Assembly (NCBI GenBank): GCA_963815115.1
Contig: CAWFFN010000009.1
Coordinates: forward strand, 1 to 64,000
Reading direction: 5' to 3'
DNA: 64,000 nt
Source: an uncultured delta proteobacterium
Lineage (GTDB): Bacteria > Desulfobacterota > Binatia > DP-6
In this document: positions 48,926 through 58,500 of the stretch, in pieces
Numbering within the stretch: position 1 is the first letter of the stretch
Layout: the number at the start of each line of letters is the position of its first letter
Position numbers and translations under genes: made by a program
Notes under the pieces: model-generated
What the model saw: the letters and a program-made list of their open reading frames with translations, nothing else
The model's database searches: none
What the model was told of the DNA's origin: nothing

Positions 48926-49374
48926 CGGTCCAGCGTGCGCGCGCACGCATTCCAGCGCAGCACGGCGTCGTCGTTGCCCGGTGGTCGGACGGCGATGGCA
49001 CGCTCGAAGAGGCTCATCGCATCGGAGAACCAGTGGTGCGCGACGGGTCCCATACCCGGGCCGCCATGGGCGAGCTGCGCCCGGGCGCGCCGCTCGGAGA
49101 TGATCCCGGCATAGTACAGCCGGTCGTACTCGTCCGAGAGCCTGGGGAGCAGGACGCGGGCGCGCGCCATGTGGGCGCTGACGCCCGGGTCGCGGAACTG
49201 ATCGCTGAGCGCCAGGATCAGGGTGACGAGCGCCTGCTGGTTGTCGGCCTCCGCGCCCAGGATGTCTTCGCAGATGCTCTCGGCCATCGCGCTCTCGTTC
49301 AGCAGGCGGTAGCGCTCGGCCTTGGCCAGCGCCGCGGGTATTGCTTCCCTCGACAGCGGCTTGAGCTCGTACAT
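48865..49374 (-). CDS. Conserved hypothetical helical (TPR-like) protein at the end of the sdh operon
   Basis: MYELKPLS..KAERYRLLNE..AESIC..YYAGII.ER..LRWNAC, with SD GGAGG right after sdhB. Confidence 0.75.
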   Translation of the reverse strand: MYELKPLSREAIPAALAKAERYRLLNESAMAESICEDILGAEADNQQALVTLILALSDQFRDPGVSAHMARARVLLPRLSDEYDRLYYAGIISERRARAQLAHGGPGMGPVAHHWFSDAMSLFERAIAVRPPGNDDAVLRWNACARTLDRHPELRPRSDEPAAVVESEW

Positions 49375-49388
49375 GCGACGTCCTCCGC

Positions 49389-50129
49389 TCAGAATCCGAG
49401 CGCTCGCAGCACACGACCCAGCGGATCGAAGAAGCGGTCGACCACGCGCTCCTTCAGCGGGATTATGGCGTTGTCGGTGATCGTGATGTGCTCGGGGCAC
49501 ACCTTCGTGCAGCATTTGGTGATGTTGCAGAGCCCGATGCCGAAGGCCTGCCGGAGCTCTCCCACGCGGTCCTCGACGTCGAGCGGGTGCATCTCGAGCG
49601 CTGCCACGTGTACCAGGAAGCGCGGCCCGATGAACTGATCGTGCATCTGATGGTCGCGCAGCACGTGACAGACGTCCTGGCAGAGGAAGCACTCGATGCA
49701 CTTGCGGAACTCCTGCACCCGGTCGATGTCCCGCTGGGCCATCCGCCACGTGCCGTCCGGCGCGTCCGGCGGCCTCGGCTTGAAGGGGGCGATCTTCTGC
49801 TTCACCCGGAAGTTCCACGAGACGTCCGTCACGAGGTCGCGCATGCGAGGAAACGCGCGCAGGGGCTCGATCGTCACCGGCTGCTCGAGGGGAAGCGAGT
49901 TCAGCCGGGTCATGCACATGAGACGCGGCCGGCCGTTGATCTCCGCCGAGCACGAGCCGCACTTGCCCGCCTTGCAATTCCAGCGGCACGCGAGGTCGGG
50001 AGCCTGCTCGGCCTGCACGCGGTGGACCGCGTCGAGCACCACCATGCCCTCGGAGACCTCGGTGCGATAATCCTTGAAGCCGCCGCCGCTCGCGCCGCCC
50101 CGCCATATCCTGAAGGTCGCCGTCGCCAT
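49389..50129 (-). CDS. sdhB: Succinate dehydrogenase/fumarate reductase iron-sulfur subunit
   Basis: Cys motifs CKAGKCGSC..C, CIECFLCQDVC and CNITKCCTKVCP. Confidence 0.93.
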   Translation of the reverse strand: MATATFRIWRGGASGGGFKDYRTEVSEGMVVLDAVHRVQAEQAPDLACRWNCKAGKCGSCSAEINGRPRLMCMTRLNSLPLEQPVTIEPLRAFPRMRDLVTDVSWNFRVKQKIAPFKPRPPDAPDGTWRMAQRDIDRVQEFRKCIECFLCQDVCHVLRDHQMHDQFIGPRFLVHVAALEMHPLDVEDRVGELRQAFGIGLCNITKCCTKVCPEHITITDNAIIPLKERVVDRFFDPLGRVLRALGF

Positions 50130-50145
50130 GCCTGTTGGTTCCTGT

Positions 50146-51960
50146 CTACTGGTTTTCTTGGACGATGCGCCGGAGCTCGGGCGGCATCTCGGGCAGCGGC
50201 CGGCGCGACAGCTCCATCTCGCCGTCCGGCCTGCGCTGCACGCAGACGTTCTGCTGGCCCCACTCGGCGTCCTTGTTGGGGAAGTCCTCGCGATAGTGGC
50301 CGCCGCGGCTCTCCTTGCGTTCGAGCGCCGAGCGCGTGACGGCCTCGGCGACGTCGAGCAGGTTGTGCACGTCGAGCGCCGTGTGCCAGCCGGGATTGTA
50401 GTCGCGGTTGCCGGTGACGCCGGTACGCGCGGCGCGCCGGCGCAGCTCGCGAATCATCTCCAGCGCATGGGACATCTCGTCCGCCGTCCGCACGATGCCG
50501 ACGTTCTCCTGCATGAGCTCCTGGAGGTCGCGCTGGACGGCGTACGGGGGCTCCCCGTCCTGGTGCTCGAAGGGCTCGACCGCGGCGCGCTCGGCCGCCT
50601 GCATCTGTGCCGGATCGATCGCCGGCCGCTTGCCGCCGAGCCCGCGGGCGAACTCCGCCGCGTGGTCGCCCGCGCGCTTGCCGAAGACGAGCAGATCGGA
50701 GAGCGAGTTGCCGCCCAGCCGGTTCGCGCCGTTGATCCCGGCGGCGCACTCGCCCGCGGCGAACAGCCCCGGCACCGACGACATCTGCGTATCGGCGTCG
50801 ACCAGCACCCCGCCCATGACGTAGTGCGTGGTCGGTCCCACCTCCATCGCCTCCTTGGTGATGTCGATGTCGGCGAGCTCCTTGAACTGGTGGTACATGC
50901 TCGGAAGCTTGCGCTTGATGTGCTCCTCGGCGTTCTTGAGCTTCTTGCCGATCCAGGAGATGTCGAGGAAGACGCCGCCGTGGGGGCTGCCCCGGCCCTC
51001 GCGCACCTCGCGACGGATGCAACGCGCGACGTGGTCGCGGGTCAGCAGCTCGGGAGGACGGCGCGCGCTCTTGTCTCCCTGGGTATAGCGCCAGCCCTCC
51101 TCCTCGTTGTCGGCGGTCTGGCTGCGGTAGTTCTCGGGGATGTCCCCGAACATGAAGCGCTCGCGCTTGCTGTTCAGCAGGATTCCGCCTTCGCCCCGGA
51201 CGCCTTCGGTGACCAGGATGCCCTGGACGCTGGGCGGCCAGATCATGCCGGTGGGATGGAACTGCACGAACTCCATGTCGACGAGGGTGGCCCCCGCCCG
51301 GTAGGCGAGGGCGTGGCCGTCGCCGGTGCCCTCCCAGCTGTTGCTGGTGATCTTGAAGGCGCGGCCGATGCCACCCGTCGCGACGATGACGGCCGGCGCG
51401 CCCAGCACCATGAATCGCCCGTGCTCGCGCTCGTAGCCGAAGGCGCCGGCGACCCGCTCGCCGTCCTTCAGCAGCGACGTGACGGTGCACTCCATGTGCA
51501 CGGTCACGCCGAGCGCCACCACGCGATCCTGCAGCGTGCGGATCATCTCGAGGCCGGTGCGATCGCCGACGTGGGCGAGCCGGGGATAGCGGTGACCGCC
51601 GAAGTTGCGCTGCAGGATGCGCCCGTCGGGGGTGCGGTCGAACACCGCGCCCCACGCCTCCAGCTCGCGTACGCGTTCGGGAGCCTCGCGGGCGTGCAGC
51701 TCCGCCATGCGCCAGTTGTTGACGTACTGCCCGCCGCGCATCGTGTCGGAGAAGTGCACCGCCCAGTCGTCGCGCTCGTCGACGTTGGCGAGCGCGGCCG
51801 CGATGCCGCCTTCGGCCATGACGGTATGCGCCTTGCCGAGCAGCGACTTGCAGATGAGCGCCACCGACACGCCCGACTCGGCAGCGGCGATGGCCGCGCG
51901 CAGGCCCGCGCCGCCGGCGCCGATCACGAGGACGTCGTAGTCGAACCGCCGTTCAGTCAC
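50146..51960 (-). CDS. sdhA: Succinate dehydrogenase/fumarate reductase flavoprotein subunit
   Basis: Motifs GAGGAG, AHTVMAEGG, QFHPTG, TEGVRGEGG and GANRLGGNSL. Confidence 0.95.
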   Translation of the reverse strand: MTERRFDYDVLVIGAGGAGLRAAIAAAESGVSVALICKSLLGKAHTVMAEGGIAAALANVDERDDWAVHFSDTMRGGQYVNNWRMAELHAREAPERVRELEAWGAVFDRTPDGRILQRNFGGHRYPRLAHVGDRTGLEMIRTLQDRVVALGVTVHMECTVTSLLKDGERVAGAFGYEREHGRFMVLGAPAVIVATGGIGRAFKITSNSWEGTGDGHALAYRAGATLVDMEFVQFHPTGMIWPPSVQGILVTEGVRGEGGILLNSKRERFMFGDIPENYRSQTADNEEEGWRYTQGDKSARRPPELLTRDHVARCIRREVREGRGSPHGGVFLDISWIGKKLKNAEEHIKRKLPSMYHQFKELADIDITKEAMEVGPTTHYVMGGVLVDADTQMSSVPGLFAAGECAAGINGANRLGGNSLSDLLVFGKRAGDHAAEFARGLGGKRPAIDPAQMQAAERAAVEPFEHQDGEPPYAVQRDLQELMQENVGIVRTADEMSHALEMIRELRRRAARTGVTGNRDYNPGWHTALDVHNLLDVAEAVTRSALERKESRGGHYREDFPNKDAEWGQQNVCVQRRPDGEMELSRRPLPEMPPELRRIVQENQ

Positions 51961-51982
51961 CCTTCCTCCGCTCCGGCTGCTC

Positions 51983-52822
51983 CTACAGGATGCGCCAGTC
52001 GGTCCAGAGGCCCATCGAGCAGAGGCGCACGTAGAGATCGGCGAACGCGACCCCGATCAGGCTGCACCAGGCGATCGGCATGTGGCGGCGGTTGAGGCAG
52101 CTCACGCAGGCGTAGGCGCGCTCCTGCGCCGGGCGCTTCGACACCTCGTCGAGCCGGCCGCCGATCAGGTGACGCAGGGAATGGCAGCCGAGGGTGTAGC
52201 CGGCGAGCAGCGCCACGTTGAGCGCCAGCACCAGCGTGCCGACGCCGATGCCGAACGACGTCCCGCCGGTCGCGGGATTCGGGAACCAGAGCGCCTTCCA
52301 CACGTCCCAGGAGAGCACGACGATCAATCCGAGCGCGGGGTACAGGAAGTAGCGGTGCACGTTCTGCATGATGAGCGGAAACGAACGCTCCCCCCAGTAG
52401 CTCGCGCGGGGCTCGCCCACGGCGCACGACGGCGGATCGGCCCAGAACGCCTTGTAGTAGGCGCCTCGGTAGTAGTAGCAGGTGAAGCGGAAGAACGCCG
52501 GGAACGGCAGGATGATCAAAGCAGGGGAGAATGGCAGGAAGGACGGCCACCATCCCGGCTTGGGTCCGAACCAGGCGTGCGGCGAGTCGCCGAACAGCTC
52601 CGGCGAGTAGAACGGCGACAGATACGGCCCGTAGACGTAGTGCGCATTCTGGAACGCGGCCCACGTGGCGTACACGACGAAGGCCGACAGGACGAGAAAC
52701 GTCGCCAGCGGCGTGGCCCACCAGGCGTCGCGCCGTGCCGTGCGGCCGAAGCCGCGCCGTTCCAGCGCTGCGGTGCCGTTGCCCATCATCGACGACGTGA
52801 CCTCCTCCTGGTGCTCGCTCAT
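51983..52822 (-). CDS. Succinate dehydrogenase membrane anchor, mycobacterial Sdh1-type
   Basis: YLSPFYSP, FRFTCYYYRGAYY, QNVHRYF, GCHSLRH and RRHM; multi-TM; first gene of the sdh operon. Confidence 0.8.
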   Translation of the reverse strand: MSEHQEEVTSSMMGNGTAALERRGFGRTARRDAWWATPLATFLVLSAFVVYATWAAFQNAHYVYGPYLSPFYSPELFGDSPHAWFGPKPGWWPSFLPFSPALIILPFPAFFRFTCYYYRGAYYKAFWADPPSCAVGEPRASYWGERSFPLIMQNVHRYFLYPALGLIVVLSWDVWKALWFPNPATGGTSFGIGVGTLVLALNVALLAGYTLGCHSLRHLIGGRLDEVSKRPAQERAYACVSCLNRRHMPIAWCSLIGVAFADLYVRLCSMGLWTDWRIL

Positions 52823-52885
52823 GGCCGCCTTTCGGCCGCCCGCTGCGTACACCGAAGGGCGGCCCGCAGACAAGCGCGCCGGCGC

Positions 52886-54001
52886 TCAGCCGAGGGTCAG
52901 GACCGTGCGGATACCGCGGCCCGCGCGCAGGTCGGCCATCGCCTCGTTGATCTCGGCGAGCGGGCGCCGCGCGGTGACGAGCCCCTGCAGATCCAGGCGG
53001 CCCGTCTGCCAGAGGGCGACCAGGCGCGGGATGTCGCGCACGGAGTGGCAGCTGCCGAGCGCGCAGCCGAGGAGCTTCTTCTCGCTGAGCGTGAAGAGCG
53101 CGGCGGGCGCGATCGTGATCGCCTCGTCGATCGGCGCCGCGCCGACCGCGACGGTGGTCCCGCCGTTGCGGCACGCCGCGAGCCCCGCCTGCACGAGGCT
53201 CGCGCGGCCGACGGCGTCGAACGCGTAGTCCACGCCGACGCCGGTCAGCTCCAGCGCCCGCCCGGCGACGTCTTCCGCCGCGGGGTCGAGGAGTTCGGTA
53301 GCGCCGAAGCACCGCGCCGCCTCGCGCCGCGCCGGCACGGGATCGGACGCAATGATACGCGCGGCGCCCGCGAGCCGGGCGCCCTGCACGATCGCGAGCC
53401 CGATGCCGCCGAGGCCCAGGACGAGCACCGTGGCGCCGGGCTCGACGCGCGCCGTGTTCAACACTGCGCCCACGCCCGTCTGCACGGCGCAGCCGATGAC
53501 GCACGCGACGTCGAGCGGGACGTCGGGCGCGATCCTGATCGCACCCGAGGCAGGCACGAGGACGTACTCGGCGAACGCGCCGAGCCCGACGCCGCGGAAC
53601 ACGACTTCGCCGCCGCGCGAGAGACCGGTGGTGCCGTCGCGGAACGTGTTGGTCGCGATCATGGCGGCGTTCAGGCACACCCCCGGCTCGCCGCGCACGC
53701 ACCAGTAGCACGTGCCGCAGGGCGCGATCGGAGTGAGGATGACGTGGTCCCCGGGCGCCAGCCCCTCGACGTCGCTCCCCACGGCGTCGACGATGCCGGC
53801 GGCCTCGTGTCCGAGCACGATCGGCGTCGGCGCCGGGAAGACGCCGTCGGCGAGGCTCAGGTCGGAATGGCAGATGCCGCAGTGTCGCACGCGTACCCGC
53901 ACCTGTCCGGACGTCGGATCGTCGATCGCGACGTCGTCGCGTACGACGAGCGGCTCCCCCGCCGCCTCGAGGATCGCGGCGCGCAGCCTGGAACGCGGCA
54001 T
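52886..54001 (-). CDS. Zn-dependent alcohol dehydrogenase (class III-like)
   Basis: Motifs GICHSD, GHEAAG, CGTCYWC..C, GCAVQTG and GLGGIG. Confidence 0.92.
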   Translation of the reverse strand: MPRSRLRAAILEAAGEPLVVRDDVAIDDPTSGQVRVRVRHCGICHSDLSLADGVFPAPTPIVLGHEAAGIVDAVGSDVEGLAPGDHVILTPIAPCGTCYWCVRGEPGVCLNAAMIATNTFRDGTTGLSRGGEVVFRGVGLGAFAEYVLVPASGAIRIAPDVPLDVACVIGCAVQTGVGAVLNTARVEPGATVLVLGLGGIGLAIVQGARLAGAARIIASDPVPARREAARCFGATELLDPAAEDVAGRALELTGVGVDYAFDAVGRASLVQAGLAACRNGGTTVAVGAAPIDEAITIAPAALFTLSEKKLLGCALGSCHSVRDIPRLVALWQTGRLDLQGLVTARRPLAEINEAMADLRAGRGIRTVLTLG

Positions 54002-54006
54002 GACGA

Positions 54007-55110
54007 TCAGTCGAAGGCGTAGAGGCGCTTGCAGTTCGTCGCCGTGACCCGCTCGACGAAGGCCGGATCGAGACCCTGGAACGCGTGCGCGATCGCCTCC
54101 CGCGACTTCGGGAAGGTGCTGTCGGGATGCGGGTAGTCCGACGCCCACATGAAGTTGTCGGGTCCGAGGAGCGGCAGCAGCTCAGGACCGAGCGGCTCCT
54201 CCTCGAAGGTGGCGTAGACCTGCCGACGGAACAGCTCGCTCGGTTTCGAGCGCAGCTTGTAGTCCTGCGCCTTGGCCACGTGCTTCTCCGCCGCGGCATC
54301 CATGCGGTTGACGAAGTACGGGAGCCAGCCGATGCCCGACTCGGCGAGGACCAGGCGAAGCTTGGGCCGGCGCTCGAGGACGCCCGAATAGATCATCATG
54401 GCGAGCGGCTCGTCGAGCTGCATCGGTCCGACCGCCGAGAACGCCGCCAGCTCCCAGCTTCCCGGGGCCACCCGCACCTGCGACGTCCCCTGTCCAATGT
54501 GGAAGCTCACCGGCAACCCCACCGCCTCCGCGGCGTCCCAGAAGCGCGACCACTCCGGGTCGCTGCAGCGGAACTCGAATGGGCTGATGATGACGCCGCG
54601 GTGTCCCTGCGTCTTCACGCGCTCGAGCTCCGCGGTCGCCGCGTCCGAGGAGTGCGTCGGCAGCACGGGCAGCACCGAGAGCCGCGCCGGCTCGTGTCGA
54701 TTGAACTCGGCCGCCCAGTCGTTGTACGCGGCGAGACACGCCGCCTTCAGCTCGGGATCGGCAATCGGCAGGCCGAACAGGTTCGGGCCGTAGATCACCG
54801 AGGCGTACACGCCGTCGAGCTCCATGTCCTGGAGGCGCAGCTTCGGATCGGCCGGGCGCAAGCCGTTGTCCTCGATGCCCGGCACGCGGCTGGTCGCGCT
54901 GTAGTCCTTCATCATCGGGGAGGCGAGGCCGTATGCACCGATGACGGAGCCGTCGCAGTTCCACCACCCGGTGCCGTCTCCCTGCTCGACGACGTACGGG
55001 CCGCGCTCGCGCAGCCGCGCGGGCAGCCGGTCCGTCCATACGTCCTTGGGCAGGTTCCAGAGATCGAGATGGTCGTCGCAGGAGTATAGGCGCCAGGAGG
55101 TCACGCTCAT
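54007..55110 (-). CDS. Amidohydrolase family protein (Amidohydro_2)
   Basis: Motifs SCDDH, AYNDW, FHIG, ESGIGW and WASDYPHPD. Confidence 0.9.
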   Translation of the reverse strand: MSVTSWRLYSCDDHLDLWNLPKDVWTDRLPARLRERGPYVVEQGDGTGWWNCDGSVIGAYGLASPMMKDYSATSRVPGIEDNGLRPADPKLRLQDMELDGVYASVIYGPNLFGLPIADPELKAACLAAYNDWAAEFNRHEPARLSVLPVLPTHSSDAATAELERVKTQGHRGVIISPFEFRCSDPEWSRFWDAAEAVGLPVSFHIGQGTSQVRVAPGSWELAAFSAVGPMQLDEPLAMMIYSGVLERRPKLRLVLAESGIGWLPYFVNRMDAAAEKHVAKAQDYKLRSKPSELFRRQVYATFEEEPLGPELLPLLGPDNFMWASDYPHPDSTFPKSREAIAHAFQGLDPAFVERVTATNCKRLYAFD

Positions 55111-55316
55111 GACCGTGGATTCTCGTCCGCGCCCGGGTTGTCTGTCCAGGGGTTCCGACCGCGACGCCGTGGCCAGCAGCCTTCTCGGGTGGTGAGCTAT
55201 GGATTCGTTCGGCGTGCAGGTCGAGGTTGCCGGCTCGCATGCCCGCGGTCGCGTATCGCTGCCCGGCGCAGGTTGCCACCCTCGCGGAGAAGGCGCCGCC
55301 TTGCCGACCCGAGGGG

Positions 55317-55385
55317 CCGAAGCTGCTCGACCGCGTGCGGGCGGCCATCCGGACAGGTCATCCAAGCCAGGCCTACGTCTTCTGG
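55317..55385 (+). pseudogene. Fragment resembling an integron integrase N-terminus
   Basis: PKLLDRVRAAIRTGHPS-QAYVFW resembles the IntI N-terminal pattern KLLDxVRxxIRxxHYSxxTExAYxxW with a short deletion. There is no catalytic domain. Confidence 0.6.
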
Positions 55386-55425
55386 AGTGCGCAGCGGACC
55401 TGTTGTCCAAGCTATCTCGGTTGCG

Positions 55426-55476
55426 CGCCTGACCTGTCGTTCCGGGTGGCCGGAAGCTGAAGTCCAACGTCAGGCG
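55426..55476 (+). mobile_element. Degenerate attC-like site
   Basis: CGCCTGAC-CTGTC-GTTCC...GCTGAAG-TCCAAC-GTCAGGCG. The terminal inverted repeat matches R''/R' (GCCTAAC/GTTAGGC) with one compensated change. Confidence 0.45.
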
Positions 55477-55502
55477 GCGTCAAAGAAGGAACGGGCCTCC
55501 CA

Positions 55503-58500
55503 TCACGACGCAGGCTCGGGATGTGCGAGGTCGGTCACCGACCCGAGCTCGATCTCCACCGTGGGCGCCGAGTCCCCCTGCGACTCGGCCGGTGCAGACG
55601 CGGGCGCCGCCGGGCGCCGCACGATGCGCTGTGCGGCGATCCCGTGCTGCTCGCGGAGCAGCCCCTCGACGCGGCCGAGCCGTGCGGCGGCGAGCTGCTG
55701 GATGCGCTGCGCCGTCGGTGCCGGCCGCTGTCCGAGCCACTCCTCCAGGGTCTTGGCATCGTCGGCGTCGAGCTCGTCCTTCTTGCCCTCCTCGTGCGCG
55801 GCGAGGGCATCACGGATGCGGTCGCGCATGCCGCGCTTCGGCAGGTTCTTCATGAAGCCGATGACGCCCTGGGGCGCGCCCAGCTCCTGGAGAAGGGCGT
55901 GCTCGCGCATCCAGCGGACGTCCGCGGCGGTGGGCGTCGTCTCCAGCGCGACGCCCAGGCCGGGACGATCACCCAGGAACTTCGCGAGCTGCCCGATCTG
56001 CTTGGCGCCTTCCTCGGTGAGCTCGTCACGTCCGAGCCGGAAGGTGATCGGCGCCGGCGCAGACGGCACCTTGTCGCCGGAGAAGATCGCGCCCACGAGC
56101 TTCAATGGCGACGTGAGCGCCCCCATCAGCGCCCGGCGCAGCGCACCGGCGATGATGGTGAAGTAGCCGATGTGCATACCCTGCTCGTCCCCCTCGACCG
56201 GGATGTCGAGCTTGATGTCACCCTGCAGGTCGCGCAGCAGCGCCAGCGCCATGGTGATCGGGATGCCGAACTGCTCCTTGAACAGCGAGTCACCCGCACG
56301 GCTGCCCAGGTCGAAGTCGTGCAGCGTCACGGTGCTCGCCGTGTCGTACTTTCCCTTGCCGAAGGAGGCCTTCGTCGTGAGGTCGAGGCGGCCGCGTCTG
56401 ATGCTGTACGACGAGAACGTGGTCGCGTAGGGGTTGAACTGCTGGAGCGGGATCTCGCGGCCGTCGATCTGGACGGTGCCGCCGCTCGGCGTCAGCGCCC
56501 CGGTGATGACGATCTTGCCCTTCCGGGCGCTGGTCGCCGCCACCCGCAGCTGGCTCGCCGTCATCGCCGGCCAGCGGAGCTTCGTGATGTCGATGTCGAG
56601 CGCCGTCAGGCCGCCGTTGTAGAAGGGCCTCACGGTGCGGTCGGTCACGCCGATCTTGCCGTCCGTGAGGCGGAAGCGGTCGACGTCGAGCTCGAGCCCG
56701 GGCGGGGCGGATCCGCCCGCAGCGGGAGCAGGCGCAGGCGGTGGAGGCGGGGAGGCGGCCGGTGCCGGTGGCGGGGCGTGGGCCGGCGCGGTCTCGTTGG
56801 CGGCGGTGACCGCGACGGGAGGCGGAGGGCTCGGCGAGCCGAAGGACGGCAGCAGCAGGCCCTCTGCGACCCTGGTGACCTGCACCCTCGGCGAAGCGAG
56901 CGTGACCTCGCCCAGGCTGACGCGCGTCGGGCCCCCAGCGGGCCCCTGTGCGGCGAGGTCGTCGATCCCCACCGTGATGGCGCGCGCGCCGACCGCGAAC
57001 TCCTTGGGGTCCGCTCCGGCGACGGCCGGCTCGGCGAAAGCCAGCCTGCCCTTCAGACGGAGGGCGCCGCTTCCGAAGCCCGGGGCGCCGGGACCCGGCG
57101 CGACCAGGTCGTCCAGGGTCACGTCCACGCCGCGCGCACGCACGTCGAGCTTGCCGGCGCGCTCCTCGTCGACCCGTGGCTCGGCGATCGTGAGCCGGGC
57201 GTCGCGCAGGCGAACGTCGCCGGGAGCTCCTCCCATCGCCCCGGGGACGAGCAGCTCGCCGATCCCGAGGTCGAAGCCGCGGGCCTGCACGTCCAGGGTG
57301 CTCGGCTGGGCGCCGGTCACCCGTGGCTCCGCGACGGAGAGCTTCGCCTTCGCAAGGCGCATCGGGGCGGTGACCTTCGTGTGGTCGGTCGCGAGGAGTC
57401 CGGGCAGCACGAAATCGCCCGCCGCGAAGTCGAGCTTGCGGATGCCGACGTCGAGCGCGCTTCCACCGGCGTCGCCCACCAGGAGATCGCCCACCGCCAG
57501 CTTTCCACGCAGGCGCAAGGAGCCACCGTCCGGCGGTGGCGTTCCGACTCCTGGCAGCGTCATCTCGTCGATGCCTGCGTCGAGCGAGCCTGCGCGGAGA
57601 TCGATCTTGGTCGGCTGCGTCCGGGCGACGCGCATGTCCTGCAGCGTGACCGTGCCGCCGGTGAGGCGCGCATCGGCGGTCGCCGGGGGGCCCGAGGCCG
57701 GGAGCGCTCCCGGCAGCACCAGCTGGCCGATGCCGAACTCCAGGCGTTTGGCGCCGAACTCGGTGGTCGGTCCGCCGGCGCCCGCGAGCTGGGCGTCGTC
57801 GAAGGCGATGGTGCCCTTCACGACCACGTCGCCTCGCGTCGGGGCCAGCACCCCCGCGGCGATCCCCAGGTCGGTGCCGAGGAGCGCGCTCTGCACGACA
57901 CCGGGCGGGAAAGCCCCAGCGGTTGCCACGATGTCGGGCAGGGCGACGTGCTCCGCGCGCACCGAGCCGTCGAAGCCGACCGGCTGGATATGGGCCTTGC
58001 CGTCGAGCGTGATGGTGCCGCCGTCGCCGAGCGTGAGCACGAGCAAGATCGCGGCGGGATCCTCGCCCTCGCTGCGCACGTTCCTGGCCGTGAGCGTGCA
58101 GCCGGCGTCGAACGTCGCGTCCGGGCTGATGACGTGCAGAAGGGAGTCCCAGACCCGGATCAGACCCACGGACCATTGCCATGGCGTGGTTTCCGCGGTG
58201 GCCTGCGCCGGGGGCGGCGCAGGCGGAGGCGGCGTCGCGGCATCCGGGACCTGCTGACCGCTCCGGGCGTTCGGCGACTTGCCCGTTACCACCCTCTCGA
58301 TGAACGGGAACACCACTCCCCCGCGTGCCCGCGTCACCAGGTACGAACCCTCGAGGTCGACGACGCGCACGACGGCGCGGTGCCCGGCCAGATCGATGGG
58401 ATCGACCCGCACCGCGAGCCGCTTCCAGGCGAGCGCGGGGCCGTTCAGAACCGGGACGTCGAGGGTGAGGCCGTCGACGGTGACCTGGCCGCGCACCTCG

